DNA of 56,227 nt from Psammoneis japonica (GCA_008632985.1 QPGO01000211.1:62001-118227); one strand, 5' to 3'; positions 1-13,290 are shown, counted from the stretch's first letter. The notes: generated by a model not told the origin, from the sequence alone. Translations and numbers: made by a program.

Positions 1-22
1 CATTTCAAAAGCAAATGAAACT

Positions 23-3000
23 CTAATTTCCCCAGTATTCTTTCCACCCGTCTTCCCCGCTGGTCTCCTTAGTTATTGTCTCGGACTCTTCCTGCGCTAG
101 TTCCGATGCACCTTCATCATTGTTGGATGCGTCTGACCTACTAGTGCCACCTTCAACTTCACTCTTACCCACCGGGTGGACCAGACCGTATTTCGTCAAT
201 GTCTGGAAGTTGTGAACTTGATCTTTGGGCAGCACATTATCTGGATGGCGTGGCACTTCTTCACTACTAGGACCAGGAACTTCAAAGTCCTTTGCGACAT
301 CAGCATTGTCCTTCATGGAAGCCAAATCTTTGTATGTATCCGAAATTTCTTCGATACCCACACCACTTGACCAGCTTTTTTGATCGCGATATGACCGTCT
401 CGCCGCAGCCTCTTCCTCTTGAGAAGCATATCCCAGCCATTTGCGTCGGTCCGTTCCTTCTTCATGGCCATCTTCCTCCTTCACTGGGGCTGGGCCCTCC
501 AAGCTGTCGCCACGGATTGTTTGCCATTTCGCACTGCAGTGGATTTCACGAACCTCAAAGATTCTCTTCACAAACACGCCAATCTCTCGGCTTGCGCTTG
601 GCGCTAAACCTTGTTGGACAGGCTTATGCGAAATCGCAATGGCGCTTTGCCGAAAGCGAGAGACTGACACAAGGCGGTCCTTTAGTACATTGTAACATGT
701 ACTTTGCGGCGTAATCATGAGAAGAGACTTGAGCATTCGAAAAAGCATGGCGCCGCTACCCTCGTCGTCTGCATCTCTGTCCCATTCCAGCATGCGCAAG
801 TGAAGATGCCGAAAGAGAGGCCGTTCCAATAGCTCCACCAACTGATCAAGCTCCAGCAAGAACATGAGATTGATTTCCAGCGGGTTAATGTTATACAGAA
901 ATGTGGATGCCGTCCGAAAGGCTCCACCCCAAAGACAAAGGGACACCGTAGATACTGCGTTGTGTGCGAAAGAGTGCAGGATAATGTGAAATAATCTGGC
1001 GCGACGACTGTCATATTCGCTTTCCGTTCGTGATCCAATGCAGTCCAAGAGAACGTTGCGCAGTTCTTGAGCTTCTTCCGCGTTGAGCAAGACAAAACTC
1101 ATTTGCTGCACGAACGACGAGAGAAATTCCAGGTCCTTGGAAAAGGACCTCATGTCGTCGCTGTCAGGTTTTCTCCTCGTCGTGTTCCGCCTAAGCATTT
1201 GTCTCTTTGTTCGGGCTTTGGCGAAACTATCTAACTCCAAAGCAAAGGACACAAACACAAATTCTGGTGGTTGTAGCGTGCACATGAACTGAACGACACG
1301 CGAAAGGGCCGATAGGAGGCCGTCATTGTATGAATGGAGGCGAATCAACGCCGAAAAAACCTCCCTGTCGCGAGACATGGAAAGTTGTCGGTCCGGGTCC
1401 ATAACGTCAAGCGCAAATGTTGCATCTTCATTGCTCATGGGATAACTTCCACTACGACCTTCGTCCCTGGCATTCTGCGACTCTACGGATGACTTCACCG
1501 ATTCACCGGGCGCTGGTACAGTGATGCGCGCAAGGACCTGCAAACTCTTGAAAATAATGGGCTCGGGTGGATTGTCCACTAGCTGATCGATAATGGGTGT
1601 AATGAACTCTCGTGCGTACTTTATACGAGTCAAAGAAAAAGCAGACAAAGCGAGAGTTAGGAACAGCCAACACTACATACACAATTTTGCGTGTGGTATC
1701 TTGCTCACCTCCGCTTTCAATACGTTCGGAACAACGCTGTCGTACAGTACAATGACCCACTCAAGGGCGCATTGCCGAGACATCATCACCGCCTCTTTTC
1801 CCCTTATGGTTGATCCGTCTTCCTTTGAGGAGCTTTTGTTTATCGCGATAGTATCTTTCTTGCCGCCTGTGGGAGGAGCAGGAGGAGCCGAGCTACGGAA
1901 CCACCCAGTGCTTTCGATCCCGGACCCGTCCTGTTTCACATCCATACGATACGGTTTGCGTTCAACCGCAGGAGGATTGCGCCCGGAAAGACCACCAGGA
2001 GAGTCCAGTTCTTCTCTAAGGGCAACAATGAAGCCATCCAAGTGAGACACATAAGCCGGCCCATCCCGACGGACGGCATCTTGCAAGCACGCATTGGTTT
2101 GTTCAGCTAGCGATCGGGTAGTTTGATCAGGTAGAAACGAATCCTTGGTTGTTGAGCGATTTTCAAATGCATCCCCAATGCTGTAGCAAAAGAACGGTGG
2201 GCATGAGACGCATATACGCAATAAACGATGGCGCAAAATCTAGAGACAAGCATTGCTCTCACCTCAATAAGATTCCTGGCAGCACGTGAGGTAGCGAGTT
2301 TCGGACCGAAATGGAAGCTGCTGTCAAGTGTGGCGTGGATTCAATGCCCGCTTTGGTATCAATGTCATCTCTTATATCGTTGTTCCCCATGTGTGCTTTG
2401 ACAATCCGTGACATCCAATACATGGCGACTTTGCGTACAAACGGATCTGGATGTTCCATGGTGGTGACGAGTGATTGTAAAATCTTGTCAAAATCAACCT
2501 TGGTCACAATGGAGGTATCCTCTGATGATTGAAAATCTTTCTGATGAATAACTAGTAGCTTGGGTAAGACCGACTGCAAAAACGCCAAGGCTGACTGTCG
2601 AATGACAATATGAGGATCAGCAACCATGGCAAAGACACCTCCCAAAAATAGATGCAAGAACTCAAGTATAGGGGCTCCCTCCAACTTTTCCGATAATTCT
2701 TGCAGCCACGTTAGTGTCAATTGTTTGGTGGCCTTGTTGGGCATGGACACAAACCGAGCAAAGACAGGAACGCACGCGTCTGCCGAAAAGTTTCCACTAT
2801 TGATGGCACCAACAATCACTTCCTTGAGTTTCTTGTCCAATAACTCAGCACCGCTTCGTACATCAATATCAACGTCGGCATAGAGCGACCTTAAAATCTC
2901 AAACAAGATAAAGAAATGCTGCACAGCAAATGTCGGAATCACCTTGATAATGTTGAATAGCGATTCGGTCGCGTAGTACCGAACACGGGATGAATGATCT

Positions 3001-3962
3001 TGGCAAGCGTGGAGCACGGACGTAAGAATCAATTCGCGGCATTCTTGCACCATGGCGTTTTTGCCCGATGCCTTTTTCAGACCAATTGCACACGCAGCCA
3101 AGGCTACAACACCACCCTTGCGGGCATCTTCCGACACGGATCGGACGTAATCATCACTCAATAACAACAGAATTGCACGAATACGTTCCAATTCCCCCGT
3201 CTGCACCAGGGATCGCACTACTTTTTCAATCTCCATGGCTGCCAATCGACGTCGTTCGTATCGTTTGTGTGCTAGACTGACCAGAACGGCTGCAGATATA
3301 GATTGCTGGAAGCTCCGTTTCATGGACTCGCGTTCTTGGAGAGTAGTTCCATCCTGAGCATCGTCCTCTACTCCACTTACTTCGGCTAACTTCATCATGT
3401 CGGAGTCAAATAAGGTTAGTGATTCGATTTTTTGACGCATCGTCATGAGAACATCAGGCAAGACACCTTCGCTCAAGTCTTCTGGTTTGGGGCGGATTGT
3501 GCCGGCGCCCGATGCTCGATGCGGCGACTGAGCGCGTGTTGTTCCTGAAATTAGATCCTGTCGTTGCTTCTGTTGTTGTAGGGACAAGTTTGCATCGGAC
3601 GCAAAAGAAGTTGTTGCACTGCCAGCTTCACTCATTGCCTCGTCCACAACATTGGATTCGGCACGTACTAGGAACGGATCAAAAGTAGCAGAACCCTTAT
3701 GCGGAACACCATCACTTGTTTTCAACGCCTTATCAAACTCTGACTGCGGTTTGGCTTCTGAATTATCACTCACTGATTCATCGTAGTCGTCACCAGAGGA
3801 AGAAGAAGAGCTGCTAAAAGCGTCCTCGCTCCGCGCTGCTCGGCGCCTCGAAGTCACTACATGAGGACTCGGTACAGGTGATACGTCAGAAATTTCATAA
3901 GACTCGGTAGTCACTTCTACCAGGTCGTTGTCGTCACTGTCTTCACTGTTGCTCTCACTCAT
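23..3962 (-). CDS. VAC14: VAC14 homolog (HEAT-repeat scaffold of the PIKfyve/Fab1-Fig4 complex), 3 exons
   Basis: Vac14 motifs LAHKRYERRRLAAMEIEKVV, ARKGGVVALAACAIGL, SRVRYYATESLFNIIK and C-terminal LDQLVELLERPLFRHLHLRML. GT-AG introns 2181-2262 and 1619-1708 join the three ORFs in frame. Confidence 0.93.
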
Positions 3963-4563
3963 GATGTTTTTACAATGGGAAAAGCGCTATCAGTAGATAC
4001 TCTGAAACGCGAGAGGTAGATAGCTAACTCGCTCTCAATGTCACAGCGTCGTTCGTTCTGCGTTGCCGATTGCCGATGATTGATTTGATTGATTGCATGC
4101 ACCAACTCTGCGCCTGTCCGTCAGGCTTAACCCTTTGCTCTTTGCTCACTTCTTTTATGATACAAGCGCAGAAAATATTCATACCGTCATTAAGCATAAT
4201 GATTTCTTATTTTAAATTTATGAAATCATACATAGCCTGTAAAATACGATATTTACAGTATGAAGTGATAAATATATATTCATAAATTTACTATCAAAAT
4301 AAAGTCCACTATTACTATTAGATAGTATGTACAGTATGGGACTAATATGTGAACAGAACATTTTTTCATATTTCCCACGATAGTGACATTTTTGAAAGTT
4401 AAATTACATCAAGGCTTTTAGAAGACTATGAGATTTCAACGGAAAAGGATTGGGCATTCCTCATTTTTTCAGTAGGCCGTTTTTCTTCCCCACAAAGAGA
4501 AGAATACACACTGTACGACTCTACACTTCGCATCCTTGTCGACAGAAGAGAAGGACGAGAACA

Positions 4564-6342
4564 ATGAATGCGGTAATCCTTGAGAATGGCGAAAATGATG
4601 GAGGACAAGAAATAACCTTGAACGATGTGGTGATACGACCGGAACGAGACGATGAGGTAGAAGAATTCGCACTGGCGCAAGATGATGGTGGTGTGGTGCG
4701 TTCGTTGAACCTGAAGTGGTGTCAAGACGCGAAGGAACTTGTCAAGGACAAGCCTAAGAATGATGGCATTATTCATTCTCTTGTGCTCAAAGTGGGAAGT
4801 GAGCCACGACGCCTGACTCCCGTCGCAGTGATTCATCAGAATGGAGACAGCTCCATCGCCTGCAACGAACAAATTGAAAATGAGGATGGAACCCACAGCC
4901 GCAAAAGAAAGTTCCTCAGCAGGTTTGCTCCTAAGAAACGTAAAAGTCGGGGCGCATCAGTTCATCAGTCCTTTCTTAGTCGCTCGAATGGATCCGGGAG
5001 CTCTACCGAGTCGCTGTCGAGCGATGCGTCTGCATCAACTGAAGAGAAACCCCCGAAAGCGAAAAAGTATCGTAATGTCATCAAGCAACTCACCAACCTG
5101 ATGGCTGACAAGTCTCTGGAAGATGAACACTCGAATCACCCTCACTCGGAGACGACCCTACTTCCAAAAAGATTTAGGGCCTTTCCATCGAGAAACAGGC
5201 ACTCGATATCACTAAAAGACATTTCGGATAGGGGTGTTCCACTCAAGCTCTTTCGAACTAAACCACAGAAGAACAGGGAAGAAAGGTCTTCCCTTAAAAG
5301 CGTAGAACACGAATCGTCTCGAAACGAGAAGAGTCAAGAAAAAGAGACTGCTGTAATTGACGCGGGAACGTTGCCACCGGTTGGTGCTGATGCGAAAGCA
5401 CAAAAGCCGGTTGTGGTCAATGCGGATTCAAATCCTACACACAGCGTACCTTGGGACGAGATGAAAAAGGACAGTGAGTCCCCGCCTTTGCCACTGAAGC
5501 ATCACAACGCATATGAGCATAAGCAATCCATGGAGAGATTACAATCAAAGAAACGTGCTAGCGTGACTTGGGCTCAAGGGCTACCATCGACGCCTTCAAG
5601 TCATGCCAATAGAGGAGTTCCAGTTATTGCGGAGTCTAGCTCTGGATCGGTGTCTCATGCAAAGGAGTTGACTGTTGGAGACGTCTGCACTACCGGTCCT
5701 GATTCGGTCAATGCAGCGTCAGAAGCGATGCCAAAGAAAAGAATCTATTTGAAGAAGAATCGCGCTAGTAGAAGTCTCCCGCTTTTTCGGAACGAAGTAA
5801 ATGGAAAGCCACCCCATGACTTGATGCAAGATGACGACATTTTCAGTCCCGATGTTGTCGTGGCCATGAGCCCAGGAGAAGAAGAGCAAGCAGCACATAA
5901 ATCAGTTCACAAAAGTGATCCAAAGGACCACCTCATCGAGAAGGTACCAAGCCTTGATCGTGCCTTTTCTGATATTTTTCAAGCTAGGACCGATCTGGGC
6001 TTTGCTGTGTCTAAATCACAAAGCACCAACTCAGAGACTGAATCAACGAGTGAAGGCCCCATTGCCGAAATTTTCGTCCCCAAAGGCGACTCTTTGGATG
6101 GCCAATCAAAACGTGATGATTCAAAAAATGAAGACCAAGGCCGCGAGCTTGACGATGCGACTACCGTCTATTCGTATGATGAACACGAAGTTGACGAAGT
6201 TGACAGATGGTTCGTTGCTATGGAGGACGTGTGCATGGCGGACGTTTTCGTGAAGGAGACTGACTGGCTTTGCGAGGAAAACTCCGGAGTCGATGATGAT
6301 GATGACCGGCGCATGAAGAGGTCAAGCAGCATTGTGGCTTAG
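4564..6342 (+). CDS. Hypothetical low-complexity (S/K/E-rich, probably disordered) protein
   Basis: About 590-codon ORF from ATG 4564, downstream of an AT-rich intergenic island; no recognisable domain. Confidence 0.7.
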   Translation: MNAVILENGENDGGQEITLNDVVIRPERDDEVEEFALAQDDGGVVRSLNLKWCQDAKELVKDKPKNDGIIHSLVLKVGSEPRRLTPVAVIHQNGDSSIACNEQIENEDGTHSRKRKFLSRFAPKKRKSRGASVHQSFLSRSNGSGSSTESLSSDASASTEEKPPKAKKYRNVIKQLTNLMADKSLEDEHSNHPHSETTLLPKRFRAFPSRNRHSISLKDISDRGVPLKLFRTKPQKNREERSSLKSVEHESSRNEKSQEKETAVIDAGTLPPVGADAKAQKPVVVNADSNPTHSVPWDEMKKDSESPPLPLKHHNAYEHKQSMERLQSKKRASVTWAQGLPSTPSSHANRGVPVIAESSSGSVSHAKELTVGDVCTTGPDSVNAASEAMPKKRIYLKKNRASRSLPLFRNEVNGKPPHDLMQDDDIFSPDVVVAMSPGEEEQAAHKSVHKSDPKDHLIEKVPSLDRAFSDIFQARTDLGFAVSKSQSTNSETESTSEGPIAEIFVPKGDSLDGQSKRDDSKNEDQGRELDDATTVYSYDEHEVDEVDRWFVAMEDVCMADVFVKETDWLCEENSGVDDDDDRRMKRSSSIVA

Positions 6343-6668
6343 CAAAATTGCCAACTGAATACACAAAAAATAGTACATTTAGTCCACTATAATATTGCAT
6401 TAATCAGACTCGCATTCGTCAAGGTCTTCGATGTTGCTGCCTAACCGAACCCTTTTCCGTTACAAACCCGAACGCAGCTTTGAATTCTCACCACTTTAGT
6501 GTTGATGCCATCACTTCGAAATGTGCTGCACCCACTTGCCCCCCCTGCGTATTTCAAGGAAATGTTGCTCAACGGGGCGTGCAGCTAATCTATTACATGC
6601 ATCGGTGCGAACGTTTCAATTTTATTCTTTTTGCGTAATACATCGAGTCTTATTTGCTTCGCACTTTT

Positions 6669-8164
6669 TTAAGTTGTACGCTCACCGGTTTGTGTTGCGC
6701 AATGTTTTCGTTTCTTCCCTTTCTTGGGAGGCTGAAGAAGGCCTCCAAGCGTGAAGTCAAAGTGTTTTGTCACCCAATTAGAACCGCCTTCTTTTGCCTC
6801 TGAGAGCGTGCGGGATGGAGATACTCCGGTAAAGTAGTTGCAGGTGTCATAAACAATGTTCTGACGCTCGTCGACAACTACCGCATAGTCGTCACTGACG
6901 TAAACCGATAGCTCAGTTCCTGGACTCGCGAGAAGCTGAGCAAGCTTGTACGTAAGCGGTAGGTAGGAATGCGTATCTGCATTATTGAGAAGGGTTGAAC
7001 GGAGGGGCGTACTTTCCGGATCGTGTAGGCAATCCTCCAAGAAGAATTTCCAGATTTTGTCTTTAACACCTAAGGCCTCTTCTGCTTCGGATGATAAATC
7101 AGCCATGATATCTTTCGCCATTTCATCGATATGAAGATGTTGATGCCGATCCCGCACTTCTGCGGTGAATTCATCAGCTGACGTCGAAATGAAATCGGTG
7201 ACATCAGAAGCGACAACACTTAACACTTCTTGGACCGTTTGATAAGCCCAATCTGCGGGCTTTGGGTCATCCAACCTGTCCATCAACACCTGACGTATCG
7301 ACATTGCAACATTCATCGCAACAAGTTTCTCCCAATCGGAACCACTATCTAGCTGAGTAAAATGATCGGTCATCCATTCGGCAACCTCGTCATTATGTTT
7401 GCGCAGGAGCTGCTTTGGAGCCATGGCGGCAATTAGATTGTGAAGTTCGTAGTCATCACTGTCTGTGAATTCGTAGTAGTAGAAGGGCCAGTCGTAATTG
7501 CTGTTCCAGTGCTCAATCTGTGCCTCTATCACACAGCATTTCAGCACCTGCTGTACATCTTTTCTCTGCATCAAGGCTGAAACCTTGTCAAAATTAGCCT
7601 CCCAGTCATAATAAACGGGCATAAAGAAGCGTCCATAAGCTTTCAGCGGAAAGGTTTTCGTCGTCCGTTTTGTAGGAGGCAACCAAGAAGGCGATTGAGG
7701 ATCTCCCTCAGAACCAAAGAAACTTGTTTTGTCGGATCGGATACATTCAATCTTTTCTTCAACCAGCGTTCGCAGGGAAGTCTTTGCAAAGGAAATCAAG
7801 CGTTCTGTCAGCAATACGAACTCACGTCGGAACTTGGGCACCGGAGAAGTCTCTCCTGAAAAGTAACGGACGCGTGTTCCGTCGGGCCACACTGAAAAGG
7901 GAACCGAAGAAAAAATTCGAGGACATTCGCCGCGCAATATAATTCTTTCGATCGATGAAACTCCAGCAAGTTGTACCACAAATCACCATCATCATCATAG
8001 CAGCCTCGCTCGTCTTCCTCCCACGTTTGACTCAACCTCTCCGTATGGATCTTTTCATGCCATTTCTTACAGGTTGCCCCAAATCGGCATACGTCAGCAG
8101 GATCCGCCAGAGCAGTCACAATCTGAAAGAGGATGTCATCGGGAAGGGACGGTAGCTCGGTCAT
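6669..8164 (-). CDS. F-box-like protein, 2 exons
   Basis: N-terminal LPSLPDDILFQIVTALADPADVCRFGATCKKW fits the F-box consensus. A phase-0 GTGAGT donor at 7825 joins to the 6669-7979 frame via an AG 44 or 74 nt downstream. Confidence 0.7.
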
Positions 8165-8299
8165 GCTGCTGTTGTGCGATGTTAAGAATGGGAAAGGACA
8201 GCGCCTGGGCAATGCTGGATGCGCCGTCGTCTTTATGTTGCCTACCGGTATGTACTGTACGTTCTCGTTTGTCGGGCGACTGGCAGACCCTATCGCACC

Positions 8300-8576
8300 G
8301 GTGCCATTTTTTTGGCGCGAGTTGAAGGCGAACCCGCAACTCTCAGCACCCGCCCGAGCACCACACCATCATTGTCCTCTCCACAACCCCACTCTAGTGG
8401 TGTGCACCACATGTTACATTCCAAAGCTGGGGAGTGGCAGCACAAGAGCCCATGTCTCCCAGCTGCAGGTGTTCAGAGGGTGACAAACTTCTGCCCTCAC
8501 TCTTCTCTCATCTTTTGAGCAGTGGAAACAATCGCCAACACACCGAACGTGCGGTGGTGTGCACAAACGTTGTGTG

Positions 8577-8607
<31 letters not shown>

Positions 8608-9396
8608 GGGGGTGCGCAGCCTCAACACTTTGTTGATGGCCCCAGAAGCCAACACCCCCTCTGACTGCCAAACACTGCACTGCAGAGTGGGGAGAGAAAA
8701 AAGTTCTCAGCTCCCTGGAACATTTTGATGCCATCATCAAACAACTTGTTTTGCCTTCTGCTGGCAACAAAAGACAGGGCTTCAGCAGGAGGGCACACTC
8801 ATGCCCAACATGGTGAAAAACAAAAACCTTTGTGTCAACAAGTGGTGCAACCTGCTGGGTGGTGGGCAAGCATCACATTCTGTGTCCTTTCCACCCCCGC
8901 GGTTTCTTGTTTCTCACACAGAGCCGGATATGAAGGCTGAGAGGAGGCTGCACATTTTCTTGAGCTAGCACTGCTCACAGTTTCTGGTGAGTGTCTCCTT
9001 GGAGTCTGGACCAAGTTTTGTGAAGTGCAGCTCTTGGATGCCGCCCTTCAAGAGTTTGAAGATCCTCTCCCTTTCCTCCACACATCAAATGAAGCAAGAT
9101 CCCTCAAATGGTTGAGTCAAGCCAACAGCAGCCAGCTGACATCCTTTTCACCATGTGCCAGCACATGCAACATTTCTTGCCACCACCATCCAAGGCATGT
9201 GTGTCACTGATGTGCTCACCCTGGCCATTTTCACAGTGGAGGGCTGCTGCAGCACACAATTGGAGGTCCAAAAGTTCAAAAAGTTCCCAAGTGGTCTGCA
9301 CAACAGTCAGTGGAGAGCAGCAGCACATGATTTCTGTGCACCTTCACAGTCACCCAGAATCATGAGAAAAATGTTGTCATGATGGAGGCATCTGCT
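8300..9396. repeat. TpA-void, TG/CA-rich tract (probable decayed TE remnant) containing a (GT)n-G22 run at 8572-8612
   Basis: About 4 TpA in 1.1 kb by hand count, CpG also sparse, only short Cys/His-rich ORFs; family not recognised. Confidence 0.55.
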
Positions 9397-9683
9397 CTAG
9401 AGAGCGTCCGCATTGTCCCAGGGAAACGACAGCCAAGACTGTGTGCCAATCAAGTTTGTTGTCGTGGGCACAGGAAAAGGGCAAAGGTCGGCGGTTCCGA
9501 AACCCAAGGTGGACGCACTAGGCAGAAAAGATAAGATACGATACGACGACAGCTGCAGCTCTGACATTTTCGAAAAGCTATTTTGACGTCGTATCGACTT
9601 TATCATAAATCTCGACACATGCTATAAATTTTTCGTCTTACTGGAACATACACCACTGCTGCAGATAATGGTCTACTGCGACC

Positions 9684-11363
9684 CTACGTTTTGGTTTTCG
9701 GAGACGATTCATCTCTGTATCTGACATTAGCCAGAAGTAAGTTGTCAAGACACGAACAAACATCAGCCTCTACCCGGGAAGTATCAGGGGTATCAAGTTC
9801 GCTGTAGAAGGGTCCACTTTCCGATGTAGTATATTCGAACTCACTAGTAAGCATCATGCGGCTCACCCCAGGGCGATGTGGAATCCTTTGATTCGATTGG
9901 GACGTGCAACATTGCAGTGATTCGTAAGCCGTAATATCCACCTCCTGTTTTCGATCCGTTGTAGCGTCGTCTTCTACTTCTGGAGCAACTGAAGTCTGTC
10001 TCGCCGCCGCATCCCATTGACGGACCAATGCGGATAGTTTCTTGTGCTGTCGTGTGTCCTTGCGTACTGTTGTGGCCCGCTTGTCTTTGGGTTCCTTGCT
10101 TTTCCTTCCGTTGCTTTTCCCACCTCGGGCGTATCCTTCCGCCTGTCTTGGGGTCTCGGCAGTATTTGCTTGCGATGAGAGATTCCGTAGAATACGAGGG
10201 AATCTGCTCTTATGCTGTACGCTTGGCGATGCACTTTTCGCTGCCTCCTGTGCTGCTTCTACTGTCCTCAAGCTTGTTCTCGATGAAAATTTCAATAAAC
10301 CTCGACGCGAATCTTTTCCTGCAACAGGCTTGGGCTTTTTGTACGAATCATGAGGTGCCCCCTTTGACGAAATTTCAACCTCACGTGCCGCCTTATGAGT
10401 GGGCTTCTCAACGATAAGCTCAACCTCCCCGCTGTCAGATACAGTGGTGCTAGGCTTCTCCCGAGTACTGATACATTTCATTGATTCATGAGCGAGTACT
10501 GTCCTTGGAGACGACGTGTCCGTTTGTTCCTTTCGTGGTCGTTTCGTCTCTTTCGCGTTGTTTGGAGAGGATGCTTTGCCATGCGTCGATTGGCGTCTAG
10601 TTTCGACGGCATTCACATGGCGGACACTGTTGTCTCCCGTATGTCCTCTTGACAAAGTAGAAACTACACTGTCCGTCTCGGTTATTCTAAAAGATGACTC
10701 AAGTGGTGCAACTGGGAAAGGCGTGTGGGATGGATATTCGAAAGCGGAACAGGAGCAGGTTCGGCTGTTGTCGTCTTCGAAAGGCGGCGCTTGCTGAAGC
10801 CCTTTGTGTTTCTTATCAGTTTCAAATTTTTCGTATCCCCACACATTGTTTGGATCGACGTGTGCCTCAGGGGTGACTATAGGCTTTTCGGGTGTCAACA
10901 AGACAGCCCGCATTCCTCGAGTGTTGTTTCCTCCCTTCAACTTGCCAAGCAGTTTTTTCGCTTTCTTATGTCTTTTCTTAGTCAGGAGAACTTCTTGTCC
11001 TTCTTGCACCTCGATGGTCTTGTCTAAGTCTTCAACGCTCGAGTCTTCCAACACGGTCTCCTCCAACAGTGTTCCATCAGACCGCAACAAGAACGAATGA
11101 ACGCAATGGTTTTCGACAACAGACACCACGTTATGCGCCAGCGAGCTTGTCTCTTCCTCTAGTTGCAACTGCGCAGCTTGCTTTGCGTCGCGTTCAACAA
11201 CCGCAAAAATTTCTGGAGGTACAATCCGCACGTCTTCCGACGTGTCAAAGTCATTTTCTTGGATAAGTCGCAAAGGAATGTCGACACTCAAGTCGTCGAG
11301 ATCATCGTCATCAATAGTGTCGTCCAAACCGTTTCGGACGACCCAGGTGAGGGTCTCACTCAT
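9684..11363 (-). CDS. Hypothetical low-complexity protein
   Basis: About 560-codon ORF from ATG 11363; no recognisable domain. Confidence 0.7.
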   Translation of the reverse strand: MSETLTWVVRNGLDDTIDDDDLDDLSVDIPLRLIQENDFDTSEDVRIVPPEIFAVVERDAKQAAQLQLEEETSSLAHNVVSVVENHCVHSFLLRSDGTLLEETVLEDSSVEDLDKTIEVQEGQEVLLTKKRHKKAKKLLGKLKGGNNTRGMRAVLLTPEKPIVTPEAHVDPNNVWGYEKFETDKKHKGLQQAPPFEDDNSRTCSCSAFEYPSHTPFPVAPLESSFRITETDSVVSTLSRGHTGDNSVRHVNAVETRRQSTHGKASSPNNAKETKRPRKEQTDTSSPRTVLAHESMKCISTREKPSTTVSDSGEVELIVEKPTHKAAREVEISSKGAPHDSYKKPKPVAGKDSRRGLLKFSSRTSLRTVEAAQEAAKSASPSVQHKSRFPRILRNLSSQANTAETPRQAEGYARGGKSNGRKSKEPKDKRATTVRKDTRQHKKLSALVRQWDAAARQTSVAPEVEDDATTDRKQEVDITAYESLQCCTSQSNQRIPHRPGVSRMMLTSEFEYTTSESGPFYSELDTPDTSRVEADVCSCLDNLLLANVRYRDESSPKTKT

Positions 11364-11599
11364 GGTCGACTCCAATTTTTATGTGAACATCATCGCCGCG
11401 CCAGCCCAAGGCCAAATTTTTGAATCCTTTGTTTCGCGCCTTTTTTGCTTCCAAGTGACAGATCATAAAAAGCTTAGAATGCGAATATTATTATATGATG
11501 TTTCGATTGCGTCAATGTCGTCATTGCAAGTTGGTTCGGTGCTTCGGTCGAGCAGGTGTGGGGCCGGCCTACATCACCGCTTGTGATAGATCTTACCTA

Positions 11600-13290
11600 C
11601 CTGGTTTGTCGGGGGAAGCTGCTGCCCCCTGTGACCGTGTGCAACGGTGCTCATCAGCCAGTGGCACTCCCAACATGGGAGGTCTGTGATGTGTGAGCCA
11701 GTGGCGCCCGTGCCAAAGAGACATCCTCAGCCAGCAGGATGTGCTGCTGGTGAAATGACACATGTTCACACCAGGCGGGCAGTTGGAACAAAAGACCCTT
11801 GCCCCCCCCTGCAACCCTCCTCCATCTCCAGCTGGTCTCACACCAGCTGCAGAGGACAGCAGCCAATCTGCTCTTCTGCAGTGCGCAGACAGTGATTGCA
11901 GATCTAAAGTTTTTTAACACTGGCGGCAGGTCCAGCCAATTGACAAGTGGCCCACAGTGACAAAATTTGCTGCCAGTGCCTGCCATGTTTTGACCCAGTG
12001 CCCTCTTTTTGTTGCAAAACACAGTGGCAAAATTGACTCTGTTCCGCCCAGGTTGATGCCCAGATGACAAAGAACAGCTTTGCTCTGGCTCGTTCACGAA
12101 GTTTTGCTGTGCACACTTTTTTCATGATCCGTTGCCCTTTGAAGCAAATTGTTCCAACCTCAGCTGCCAAATCTTGTGTGGCAACTGAGACAAGCAAAAG
12201 CAGCTGCAAGCTTTCCCTTTTCTCTCAAATTTTCAAGGGTGGTTGCAGGCTGAGCATTCCTCCATGTGAGTTGCCCAGTTTGTGAGGGGGGCAACGATGT
12301 TCCCAAATTCCCAATGAGTTTGATTTCGGCAGGCTCTCGGCCCATTGCTCTTGTTGTTGTTGGGGTGACCATGCCGCTTTCACACACAGGACAATGCACA
12401 AGCAAGCTCAGCAAGCTTGACCTTTGAGGGTGTTGGATGCTGTTGAAACAGAGAATTGCCAGGTGTTGTTGCAGAAAAAGAAGATTAAACATGAAATGCA
12501 CTGGCGAGATGAACAAGCATTTGCCAGATCTTAACTTTTGTGCCAGGAGCCACAGCTCACTTCTGTGTGCTGCACAATGTGTGATGTGGTTTTTTCCAAC
12601 ATGCCAGCATGATGAAACTTGACTGGACTGTGAAACATGCGATGCCCCAACTTGTCGTTTGTGTTGCCATCCTCACACAAGCACCTGGGTGCAATTCAAG
12701 AGATGACATGCTGATGGGATTGGCTGAGATGCAGTCACCAGGAAGCAGTGCAAAAGATCAAGCTGAGGAGAGCTCTCATCCAGTCATTCTGGAGATGGAG
12801 ATGGTGTTTCCCTGCTGCCAACGACCTGCAGATGGAGTTGGTGGGCAAGGGCATCCAAGGGCAGTTCTCCCCAACAAGAAGTGTGCTTCTTTTTCTGTTA
12901 AAAATTGCAACCTCCAAGAGTTCCATGAGTGTCTCCCTTGGGTGTGAGCATCTCATGACCAACCAATTTGCCACTCACTGGAATCCAAGAAAATGGTGCC
13001 AGCAGCCACCTCTGCAGTCCACACTCTCTGTGTTGGAAATGCACACCCATCCTCCTGTGCTTGGGTCAGCAAAGACAGCTGCCCGTTCTGCTGTCCACAA
13101 GCTGCCAATGTTCTCGCCTCAATGCAGTGATTCTAGCCACCACCCCATTTGAGAGCAGCAGACCGTTTTTGGCTGTTCCAGCTTGGCCGGGCGATTGCGT
13201 CAACCGCAGAATCATTGCCACTATGGCCACAGCATTGCACAGCTTGTGTGAAATTTTTGAGTGGAGAAATGAGGCCTGTTCATGTGTCAT
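11600..13290. repeat. TpA-void, CpG-poor tract (probable decayed TE remnant)
   Basis: Six TpA in 11601-13200, all in YTAR context; no intact ORF; termini not identified. Confidence 0.6.
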
